From the NCBI GenBank assembly GCA_964016885.1, contig OZ024743.1, positions 84,196,001 through 84,260,000 on the forward strand: a stretch of DNA of 64,000 nucleotides. Reading direction: 5' to 3'. Positions 1 through 11,368 of this stretch are shown here, piece after piece. Under the pieces are notes generated by a model. It made no database searches and was not told the DNA's origin. It saw only the letters and a list, made by a program, of their open reading frames with translations. Each line of letters starts with the position of its first letter. The first letter of the stretch is position 1. Position numbers and translations under genes: made by a program. This stretch comes from Eledone cirrhosa (Eukaryota).

Positions 1-167
1 GTGGTCATTGCGAAAGAGGTCTACCCCCTGTGATTTTGTGATTTGCGGTGGAGAGGCTTGTGTGGTGTGGGTGTAGGGGGAGTGAATGAGAGAACATAAA
101 TCAAAAAATGATTAGCTACATTATGTACCTCAGCTACTCATTAACCTTAAATGGACAATACAGAAAT

Positions 168-168
168 C

Positions 169-238
<70 letters not shown>

Positions 239-257
239 CATATATATATACATATAC

Positions 258-291
<34 letters not shown>

Positions 292-394
292 GTATATATA
301 TAATACATATACATATATATATACATATGTATATATATAATACATATACATATATATACATATGTATATATATAATACATATACATATATATAC

Positions 395-449
<55 letters not shown>

Positions 450-590
450 TATGTATATATATATATTGACATATATATATATATATATATAATATATATA
501 CATATATGTACATATATATATATATGTACATATATTGACATATATATATATATAATATATATATATGTACATATGTATATATATATATTG

Positions 591-640
<50 letters not shown>
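168..640. repeat. (TA)n-based microsatellite, representative of dozens of (TA)n/(CA)n/(TACA)n tracts in the window
   Basis: Direct inspection. Confidence 0.97.
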
Positions 641-643
<3 letters not shown>

Positions 644-1034
644 TACGTCAGGGAAAAAAAAAAAGAGCAAGGAAAAGTTAATCCAAATAGGTAACTGATA
701 AGATTAATTGTACAATATAGTCACTCTTATAATATATATATATATATACATACATGTATATATATACCACACACAGACAAATGTATTAAGTATTGGAGCC
801 ACAATGAAATGCACCCAGTACACTTTCTTAAGTGGTTGGTGTTAGGAAGGCCAACCACCAGCAGTAGAACACATGATAAATGAAAGGTAGGACATAAGAA
901 CAAGATGTGGCCTTCCAATTCACCTAAGAAAGCTGTAATGCCCAGAAAGAACTGACTCAGGCTGTAGTAACTGGACCAATCCATGTCAACACTGAAAGCA
1001 GACGTAAGATAATTCTAAAATATATATATATATC

Positions 1035-1372
1035 ATCAGCATCATTTCATTTTACGTCTGCTTTTTTCCTGCTTGCAAGAGTGGGATGGGAACTGATTCT
1101 GGCTTGATTTCTACAGCTGGATGCCCTTCCTAACACCAACCTCATTTACAGTGAGTGGTGGGTGCTTTTTTGCCGTGGCACCTCCACGACCACTTTGCAG
1201 TGGAATGATATGGACCCCAGTCCCTATCATCTCATTTCTACAGCTGAGTAAACTGGAGCAATGTGAAATAAAGTGTCTTGCTCAAGGAAACAACACATCA
1301 CCCAGTCTGAGAATTGAACTTACAACCTTTCGATTGCAAGGCCAATGCTCTAACCACTAAGCCATGTGCCTC
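1035..1372 (-). mobile_element. tRNA-derived SINE with CORE-like domain and RTE-type tail
   Basis: A/B box head tggcttagtggttagagc...gttcaattc; ccttgagcaagacacttt CORE-like block; tail gttaggaagggcatccagctgtagaaa...gacgtaaaatg. Confidence 0.8.
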
Positions 1373-1391
1373 CATACATACATACATACAT

Positions 1392-1470
<79 letters not shown>

Positions 1471-1486
1471 TACATACATACATACA

Positions 1487-1550
<64 letters not shown>

Positions 1551-1784
1551 AAAGTTTTATTTAAGATTGTTGGGTTACAACGAGTAAATATTTTATAACT
1601 GATATAAAAGCACTCGACAGTTTCTGGAGTAGGTTTACAATATTAAACAAATGGAAACTATATTTATAAAACCATATTTATTTCGTTATATATATTTCTG
1701 GGATATTTTTAATATGATATCCCAGAAATATATATAACGAAATAAATATGGTTTTATAAATACAGTTTCCATTTGTTTAATATC

Positions 1785-1835
<51 letters not shown>

Positions 1836-1848
1836 CATACATATATAC

Positions 1849-1903
<55 letters not shown>

Positions 1904-1932
1904 CATATATATATACATACATACAAATATAC

Positions 1933-1980
<48 letters not shown>

Positions 1981-2055
1981 ATATATATATATATATATAC
2001 ATATATTTACATATATATATATACCCCATGCTAGCATGGAAGATAGACGTTAAAC

Positions 2056-2091
<36 letters not shown>

Positions 2092-2124
2092 AATGATATA
2101 CATATATATACATATATATATATA

Positions 2125-2330
2125 TATTAAGAATATTTTCGAAACAGCGAGTGGGTATGAAATTATTAGAAATGTAAGCTATCGCCGTATTTTGACCAAA
2201 GAAATTAAAGAAATTATTAACCCCACTATCAGGCTAAATAATTTCTTTAATTTCTTTGGTCAAAATACGGCGATAGCTTACATTTCTAATAATTTCATAC
2301 CCACTCGCTGTTTCGAAAATATTCTTAATA
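2125..2330. repeat. Perfect inverted repeat, 94-bp arms, 18-nt spacer
   Basis: 2125-2218 is the exact reverse complement of 2237-2330. Confidence 0.95.
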
Positions 2331-2359
2331 TATATATGTATATATATGTATGTATATGA

Positions 2360-2990
2360 TCATCATCATCATCATCATCATCGTTTAACGTCCATCTTCC
2401 ACGCTAGCATGGGTTTAGACGGGAATTGTCCCACTTGAGGCAAGATTGGTTGTCTTGTTCGTGTAGCAGATTTTCTACGGCTGGATGCCCTTCCTAACAC
2501 CAACCACATTTACAGTGTGGACTGGGAGGTTTTTACCGTGTTACCTACACGGCCACATTACAGCGTGGACTGTGTGTTTTATTGTCGTGACACCTACACG
2601 AACTCATTTATTTTGGACTGGATGTTGTGGTACTAACATAACTTTACAGAGAAAGGGGTGGTGCTGATGGGGGTGGGGGTAGGGGTAGTGGGATGGGGGC
2701 CTACTGACTGTAGGTTTTACTTTGTACATAGCCAAGGTGGGTCTTCTGTATTACTGCGTAACGCCAAAGATCTTGGTCCAGTGACATTGTCTTGGAGAGG
2801 TGTAAGTGTGTAAGGTCGGAATTTATCAAATCGTCCAAGGTTTTTCTGGGTCTGCCTACTCCGTAGCTTCCATCAATTTTGATCGCCCTGCACTTTTTTA
2901 TAATATATATGTAAAGAGGTTGGATGGTGACTGTCCTTCACACATACCCCTATCCCCGTACAAAGTCCCCATCACACACTGTAAACTGGT
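2360..2990 (-). mobile_element. 3' end and UTR of the same RTE family
   Basis: Aligns by eye to 14580-15170 (ccatcaattttgatcgccctgc, ggtccagtgacat, ctggatgcccttcctaacaccaaccac). Confidence 0.8.
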
Positions 2991-3530
2991 CGTGATGTAA
3001 AGTAGTCATATAGGTGACACAACAAAAAGCACCCAGTACACACTGTAAAGTGGTCATGTAGGTGACACGACAAAAAGCACCCAGTACACACTATAAAGTG
3101 GTCATATAGTTGACACAACAAAAAGCAGCCAGTACACACTGTAAAGTGGTCATATAGTTGACACAACAAAAAGCAGCCAGTACACACTGTAAAGTGGTCA
3201 TATAGTTGACACAACAAAAAGCAGCCAGTACACACTGTAAAGTGGTCATATAGTTGACACAACAAAAAGCAGCCAGTACACACTGTAAAGTGGTCATATA
3301 GTTGACACAACAAAAAGCAGCCAGTACACACTGTAAAGTGGTCATATAGTTGACACAACAAAAAGCAGCCAGTACACACTGTAAAGTGGTCATATAGTTG
3401 ACACAACAAAAAGCAGCCAGTACACACTGTAAAGTGGTCATATAGTTGACACAACAAAAAGCAGCCAGTACACACTGTAAAGTGGTCATATAGTTGACAC
3501 AACAAAAAGCACCCAGTACACACTGTAAAT
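2990..3530 (+). repeat. 48-bp tandem repeat, ~11 copies (aaagtggtcatatagttgacacaacaaaaagcagccagtacacactgt)
   Basis: Direct inspection; inner copies identical; continues into a SINE tail at 3530-3690. Confidence 0.95.
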
Positions 3531-4033
3531 GTGATTGGCTTCAAGAAGGACATCCAGCTGTAGAAACCAAGTCAAAATCAGTTCTGTATGAGCAATACCT
3601 GGTCATCTGACCTGGTCTATCTCACAACGGGACAACTTGTCTAACCCATACTAGCATGGAAAAATGGACGTTAAACGATGATGATAAATATATATATTCA
3701 TAATTATCATCATCATTATTTTATGTCCAGCACTTTTCCATGCTCACATGGATTAGGTGAGATTTTCCAATTCCCCCATCTGTTGCATTCTTTCATTATC
3801 TCTTCAATGAGGTTCAGTGATTTCAGATCAGCTCTGATTACCTCCACCTACATCTTCATTGGTCTTCCTCTACAGCAGCTTCCTTCCACTGAGATTTTAT
3901 GCTACTTCTTCCCCCATAACCATCTCATGTCTATACCTGTGCAGTCTTCTCTCTTTTCTCTGATTTCTCTTATACCTAGTTTTTCTTTTAGTTCATCCAT
4001 GCTCCATTGTTCATGCACTTTCACAAATATAAA

Positions 4034-4113
<80 letters not shown>

Positions 4114-4350
4114 TGAGGGTCTGGGTAACTATTTCAATCATATCTTATTTTGTTTGACCTGTTTAGCTTGTTCGCTTTTTTGGCTAAGGTGGTTAATGGC
4201 TTCTTAACCATCGTCTCAGTTTGTATAACCATTTTAACTTATGCTTATAGCTCTGGTATCTTCATATCCATGGAGCGCTTGTCTGCACAATACAGAAGTT
4301 GCGTTTCGCCAATTTCTACTTGCCGAAATGCTATTCTCGCTAAATCTATA

Positions 4351-4935
4351 TAATAATAATAATGAAATTATTGTGTAAAGTGCTCAGGTGCACCACAACT
4401 CATCAATATAGTACATAGAATAATACACAAATGTCAGGGAAGTACATGTGTGTATGTGTTAGCTGTAGTGTTGGCGGATCTTGGGAAGCATGGAGGCCTT
4501 AAAGGATGCAGTGTCTCGACAGCTAACAACTGATGCAGGTAGTTTGTTCCATGCTTCAGCAACTCTGAGCGTGAAAAAATGTTTCCGAAAGTCATGGGAA
4601 CTGTGCTGTTTTCTTACTTTGTGGGCATGTCCACGTGTGTTAGACACATGGAAATCAAAAAGGTACTCAGGGTTGTTGTTGGCAACATGATTAACAATTT
4701 TGTGGGTGTTTACCAAGTCAATTGCCAGGCGTCGGAGCTTCAATGAATCCATGCCCAGGGAAGCAAGGTGTTCAGAGTATGGTAGATGCCTGATGGAGGG
4801 TATTCGCTTGGTTGCACGTCTCTGAACAGTTTCCAGGCGGTCAATGTCCTGAGCAAGATAGGGGTTCCAGACTGGTGATGCAAATTCTAAGTGTGGTCGC
4901 ACCATAGCTGTATACAGCCTTAAATAGATATCTAT
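4351..4935 (-). mobile_element. CR1/L2-type LINE 3' fragment with (ATT)n tail
   Basis: LYTAMVRPHLEFASPVWNPY..DIDRLETVQRRATKRIP, NTRGH..K, RKHFFTLRV..AWNKLP; 3' end also seen at 59790-59850 (+). Confidence 0.9.
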
Positions 4936-4940
4936 ATACA

Positions 4941-5213
4941 ACGGGTGATGTGTTGTTTCCTTGAGCAAGACACTTTATTTCACATTGCTCCAGTTTACTC
5001 AGCTGTAGAAATGAGATAATAGGGACTGGGGTCCCTATCATTCCACTGCAAAATGGACGTGGAGGTGCCACGGCAAAAAAGCACCCAGCACTCACTGTAA
5101 ATGAGGTTGGTGTTAGGAAGGGCATCCAGCTGTAGAAATCAAGCCAGAATCAGTTCCCGTCCCACCCTTGCAAGCAGGGAAAAGCGGACGTAAAAATGAT
5201 GATGATGATGATG
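4941..5213 (+). mobile_element. 5'-truncated copy of the SINE at 1035-1372
   Basis: Near-identical reverse complement of 1050-1303; ends (GAT)n. Confidence 0.8.
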
Positions 5214-5235
5214 ATTGTATATGTATATATATATG

Positions 5236-5298
<63 letters not shown>

Positions 5299-5299
5299 A

Positions 5300-5752
5300 T
5301 ATCTATCTAAGGCGGGTAAAATTCCCGAGATCCATGGACGAGTTCTCTCCAGCGGTCTCTGTCCCTCATTATCGCTGCCATGTCCTGCATCTCCAACAGA
5401 CCAGTGTCTGTCCTTAGGGCTTCAGCATACGTTAACCTTGGTCTTCCTCTTTTAGTGTGTCCATGTAGGGGCTCCCAAAGGAGTACTGAGTGCAATGAAA
5501 ATCCGCCTCTTCATTGCTGTAGTGGAGTCTGTGCTGCTGTATGGGTCTGAGACTTGGACACTGACCAAGAAACTCACTCAGATGGTGGATGGGTGCTACA
5601 CGAGAATGCTGAGGATGGCTCTGAACATTAATCAGTATACACTGAGGATGAAAAACTCAGTGCTGTATGGGAGCATCCCAAAAGTCAGCTCAAAAGTGAC
5701 ACAGAGGAGACTGAGGTTAGCTGGACATGCTCACCGACATCCAGATTTGACA
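5300..5752. mobile_element. RTE-like LINE 3' fragment with internal inversion
   Basis: 5495-5752 (+) encodes VESVLLYGSETWTL...RRLRLAGH.HRHPDLT; 5495-5307 (-) encodes the continuation LHSVLLWEP..G..KRGRPRLTY...DRDRWRELV. Confidence 0.88.
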
Positions 5753-5773
5753 TATATATATATATATATATAT

Positions 5774-5962
5774 AATTGTTTCTACTTTAGGCACAAGGCC
5801 AGCAATTACCCAGTGCATTACTGGTACTTTATTTTATCGACCCCGTAAGGATGAAAGGCAAAGTCAACCTCAGCGGGATTTGAACTCAGATCGTAAAGGG
5901 ACGTAACTATGCTGGAAAGCATGGCGTCCGACCCTCTACCGATACTGCCAATCCACCGCCCT
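5774..5962 (-). mobile_element. tRNA-derived SINE family A, full length
   Basis: gggcggtggattggcagtatcggtagag...gagttcaaatccc head; conserved gcctttcatccttacggggtcgataaaataaagtaccag core; ends gtagaaacaattat. Confidence 0.85.
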
Positions 5963-6009
5963 TATATATATATATGTATAATGATAATGAAGATGAACAA
6001 AATCATTAT

Positions 6010-6194
6010 ATTGGCAATATCGGTAGAGGGTCTGATGCCATGCGTTTGACGCATAGAGTTACGGCCCTTGCTATTCTGAGTTCAGATCCCCCCGAGGTTA
6101 ACTTTGCCTTTCATCGTTAAGGGGGTCGATAAAATAAAGTACCAGTAATGCACTGGGTAATTGCTGGCCTTGTGCCAAAAGTGGAAACAATTAT
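6010..6194 (+). mobile_element. SINE family A
   Basis: Same consensus, opposite orientation to 5774-5962. Confidence 0.85.
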
Positions 6195-6259
6195 ATATAT
6201 ATAGAGAGAGAGAAAGAGAGAGATTTATGAATATATATAAATATATATACATATTTATG

Positions 6260-6312
<53 letters not shown>

Positions 6313-6357
6313 CGAAGGAGTTGTGGTAAGGAACCAGATGGACCATAACGCACCAGA

Positions 6358-6410
<53 letters not shown>

Positions 6411-6742
6411 AAACATTGTTGTCTCCTGTCTAGATGAAGCGAGATTGTATTTAAATACATATAAAATGAGAAAACTCATCGCTAGAACAGCCAGATGCTG
6501 TCAAAGACAGTGGTCAACAGTTTCACCTGCCTATCACCCACCTCATGGATTGTCTCTCTGTCAACCACAGGCCGCTGGTCTCCGTCCTCTGAAGCATTTT
6601 TGCGCATCACTGTCTTTGACAGCATTTGTCTGTTTTAACAGCTGTTCTAGCAATGAGTTTTCTTATTTTTATATGTATTTATATATATATATGTGTGTGG
6701 GCGTGTGTGTGTGTTTGTATTATTATTATTATTATTATTTAA

Positions 6743-6968
6743 ATTGGCAGTATCGGTAGAGTGTCAGACACCATGCTATGTGGCATAGAGTTATGGCCCT
6801 TTACGTTCTGAGTTCAAATCCCGCCAAGATTAGTTTTGCCTTTCATCCTTACGGGGTCGATAAATAAAGCACCAGTAATGCACTGGTGTCAATTTAATCG
6901 ACTTTCCCCTCCCCTTCAAATTGCTGGCCTTGTGCCAAAAGTTGAAACAATTATTATTATTATTATTA
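6743..6968 (+). mobile_element. SINE family A (longer variant) with (ATT)n tail
   Basis: Same head and core. Confidence 0.8.
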
Positions 6969-7232
6969 CCATCATAACTGCATGCCATACCAGTAACTCA
7001 AGGCCCTTGAGTTACTGGCATAGCTTCACAGCTATGATAAAATATACATCACTTTATCCATGTATTGAATATTGTTTCTTCCGTTTGCACAGCCAGATCT
7101 ACAAATCATCATCATTTTAAAGTTCATCTTTCTATTTTATATAAGTTGGTTGAGTCTTCTATAACAGAGCTTTCCTCCACCTGTCTCTTTCCTTTGTCAT
7201 TATATATTTATATTTACACATATATATACATG

Positions 7233-7338
<106 letters not shown>

Positions 7339-7368
7339 ATATATATACATGTATATATGTATGTGTGC

Positions 7369-7425
<57 letters not shown>

Positions 7426-7889
7426 TGTATATATTATGTGTGTATAAAGCAACAGCATAAGAAAGACATACACACACTGAATTACAGGTACATATACAAA
7501 GATGGGCCTACACACACACACACACATTTACACATACATATGCACATTACAGGTATGCACATATAAGCACATATATACACATATGCACACACACACACAC
7601 ATAAATACAGACACATACCTAATCATACACAGATATACTCACACAAATACACACATATAATCACACACAGATATACTCACACAGATATACGCACTTATAA
7701 ATACTCATAGGTACACACACATAATCACACAGATATACGCACTTATAAATACTCATAGATACACACACATAATCACACACATATATACACACACAGATAC
7801 ACACACACATAATCACACATGTCTGAACAGGTATTTTCATGTAACATCACTTCCGATATCTCCACCATTGTGTTTCTGCAACCAACGTA

Positions 7890-9245
7890 CACACCAACAA
7901 CAACACCAACAACACCACCATTGCTACCTGCCACTACCACCATCACCACCATCACCACTAACACCACCACCACCACCATCACTACTAACACCACCACCAT
8001 CGCTACCAACAACAACACCACCACCACCACCACCATCACCACTAACACCACCACCATCACCACTAACACCACCACCATTGCTACCAACAACAACAACACC
8101 ACCACCACCATCACCACTACTACCTGCCACTACCATCACCACCACCACCATCACCACTAACACCACCACCATTGCTACCAACAACAACAACACCACCACC
8201 ACCACCATCACCACTAACACCACCACCACCACCATCACCACTAACACCACCACCATCGCTACCAACAACAACAACACCACCACCACCACCATCACCACTA
8301 ACACCACCACCATTGCTACCAACAACAACACCACCACCACCGCCATCACCACTAACACCACCACCATCGCTTCCAACAACAACAACAACACCACCACCAC
8401 CATCACCACTAACACCACCACCATCGCTACCAACAACAACAACACCACCACCACCACCATCACCACTAATACCACCACCATTGCTACCAACAACAACACC
8501 ACCACCACCATCACCACTAACACCACCACCATCGCTACCAACAACAACAACACCACCACCACCATCACCACTAACACCACCACCATCGCTACCAACAACA
8601 ACAACACCACCACCACCATCACCACTACTACCTGCCACTACCACCACCACCACCACCATCACCACTAACACCACCACCATTGCTACCAACAACAACACCA
8701 CCACCACCACCATCACCACTAACACCACCACCACCACCATCACCACTAACACCACCACCATCGCTACCAACAACAACAACACCACCACCACCACCATCAC
8801 CACTAATACCACCACCATTGCTACCAACAACAACACCACCACCACCACCATCACCACTAACACCACCACCATCGCTTCCAACAACAACAACAACACCACC
8901 ACCACCATCACCACTAACACCACCACCATTGCTACCAACAACAACAACACCACCACCACCACCACCATCACCACTAACACCACCACCATCGCTACCAACA
9001 ACAACACCACCACCACCACCACTACTACCTGCCACTACCACCACCATCACCACTACAACCACCAACACCACCAGTGTCACTGTCATAACCATTACCACAA
9101 CCATCATCACCACCATCTCCAACACTACCACCAACAATACCACCACCACAACCACCAGCACCACAACTATCATCTAACAATCAAAACCTCCCCATTCCAA
9201 CATCCAAACCACCAACAACATCAACACCATCACTACCAAGACCAT
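7890..9245 (+). repeat. (ACC/AAC)n trinucleotide-derived compound repeat with higher-order units
   Basis: Units caccaccatcaccactaa / catcgctaccaacaacaacaa; marker tacctgccactacc recurs at ~7925, 8121, 8628, 9026. Confidence 0.95.
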
Positions 9246-9297
9246 CAACTGGGTTTAAGGGGAATCCGAGGTGGTGTGCAGGAAAGATAACTTGCAC

Positions 9298-9845
9298 ATG
9301 GATGATGATCAATGGGTGAAGAAGTGCCAGGAAATACCAGTAGAAGAAAGCTGCAGTAGAGGTAGACCAAGAAAGACGTGGCCAGAGGTGGTGAGAGATG
9401 ACCTCAAATCACAGACTCACAGAGATGACAAAGGGTCACAGCAAGATGGTGATCGATGGGTGAAGAAGTGCCAGGAAATACCAGTAGAAGAAAGCTGCAG
9501 TAGAGGTAGACCAAGAAAGACGTGGCCAGAGGTGGTGAGAGATGACCTCAAATCACAGACTCACAGAGATGACAAAGGGTCACAGCAAGATGGTGATCGA
9601 TGGGTGAAGAAGTGCCAGGAAATACCAGTAGAAGAAAGCTGCAGTAGAGGTAGACCAAGAAAGACGTGGGCAGAGGTGGTGAGAGATGACCTCAAATCAC
9701 AGACTCACAGAGATGACAAAGGGTCACAGCAAGATGGTGATCGATGGGTGAAGAAGTGCCAGGAAATACCAGTAGAAGAAAGCTGCAGTAGAGGTAGACC
9801 AAGAAAGACGTGGGTAGAGGTGGTGAGAGCTGACCTCAAATCGCT
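9298..9845 (+). repeat. 144-bp tandem repeat (~3.8 copies) of an RTE ORF 3' end
   Basis: Units start ~9301, 9445, 9589, 9733; each encodes WVKKCQEIPVEESCSRGRPRKTW.EVVRDDLK. Confidence 0.95.
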
Positions 9846-9967
9846 AAGACTCACAGAGGAGATAACGAAACAACACAGTGAGTGAAGAAATACCATGCTG
9901 AGGACTCATCCAACCCATGCAAGCATGTAAAAACGATGACAATGATGATGATGATGATGATGATGAT

Positions 9968-11176
9968 TTAATTGTTTCTACATTGTGCACAAGGCCAACA
10001 ATTTTGGGAGAGGGGAAAGTCGATTATATCGACTCCAGTACATTACTGGTACTTTATTTTATCGACCCCCATAAGGATGAAAGGTAAGGCTAACCTTAGT
10101 GGGATTTGATTATTTAATTAATTGTTTCTACTTTAGGCACAAGGCCAGCAATTACCCAGTGCATTACTGGTACTTTATTTTATCGACCCCGTAAGGATGA
10201 AAGGCAAAGTCAACCTCAGTGGGATTTGAACTCAGATCGTAAAGGGACGTAACTATTATTTAATTAATGTTTAATAAACATTAACCTATTTGATACTAAA
10301 CCACCTAAACCTCCCCAGGTTCTCTGATAAAGAGTTTATATCTAAATTTAAACCTCCCATTATAATCTATGTTTAACAACCTTTTGTTAAGTTATGTCCC
10401 AAACATCAACTTAATAATGGTTTCTAATTTAGGCACAAGGCCAGCAATTTGTGAGGAGGAGAAGTTGATTATATCTACTCTAGTACTTTACTGGTAATTT
10501 ATTTTATCAACCCTGGAAGGATGAAAGGCAAAGTTGACCTCTGCGAGATTTGAAACCAGAATCTGGAGGGCCAAAAGAAATGCTACAAAGGAATTTTGTC
10601 CAATGCTCTACCAATTCTGTCAAGGCACCACCAAATACCAACTTAATGATGAGAAAGTTAGTTATTTTACTAAATCCTTTCAAATCCTTGATTATTTTCA
10701 GAATTATTTAAGCAGTTTATTTCATTAGTAGTGAAGAGTGAGTCTGATCTTTAACAATATAGTGATGACCCCAGACATGTTTCAATCTTATTTGAACTTA
10801 TCAGAGAAAAATGGTTTGACTGTCACACAAAAAACCTGTAAAGTAGTTGGTAATCAGAAGGGCATCTAACTATAGAAAACCAAGCCCAAGATGGAATGTA
10901 TGAGCATGACAGGGTCACCAGGGCTGTTTAGCCTCATAACACATGCAGGTATAGAACACAGATGTTAAACAGTGATAATAATAAGAGTGTTTTTACTTTT
11001 GGCACAAGGCCAGCAATTATACCAGTACATTACTGGTGCTTTATTTTATCAACCCCGTAAGGTTGAAAGGCAAAGTTAACCTCGGCGGGATTTGAACTCA
11101 GAATGTAAAGGGCCACAACTTTATGCTGCAAAGCATGGTGTCTGACGCTCTACCGATACTGCCAATCCACCGCCCT
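9968..11176 (-). mobile_element. Cluster of four SINE family A copies (~9970, ~10120, ~10418, ~10987)
   Basis: Repeated ggcacaaggccagcaatt...ctggtactttattttatcgacccc..aaggatgaaaggcaaag. Confidence 0.8.
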
Positions 11177-11242
11177 TTAAACAGTGATAATAGTAATGAT
11201 GTTTCAACAGATGACTAGATGACTAGCAAACTGGGTACTTAC

Positions 11243-11368
11243 CAAGGCTCTGTTCTAAGAATGTTATTGTTTAAAAATGGAGTCTTCTCATCCAGATGAA
11301 AAGTTTGCTGTTCCTGAATGCAGGAGCATGTTGCTGACTTGGTTCTCATGGTTGACAGCAACAAACCA
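11243..11368 (-). CDS. Candidate internal exon of the same minus-strand transcript (GLLLSTMRTKSATCSCIQEQQTFHLDEKTPFLNNNILRTEP..)
   Basis: Strong acceptor gtgtttttccag| and donor TTG|gtaagt; 126 nt; only the phase 2-2 frame is open. Confidence 0.5.

Noticed and set aside
2990-3530. CRISPR-like regular array (also 55134-58310)
   Set aside because: No unique spacers, no cas genes, eukaryotic context
7819-9290. Thr-rich mucin-like ORF with many N-x-T sequons
   Set aside because: The frame shifts at each higher-order unit, codons are monotonous, and the acceptor context is weak; better explained as a trinucleotide-derived repeat. The short unique stretch at 7820-7890 remains unexplained.
11243-11270. 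LRTEPW as the start of an SH2 domain
   Set aside because: The last codon is split (TG|N) and no following exon with F/Y-H-G was found in the window; too little evidence
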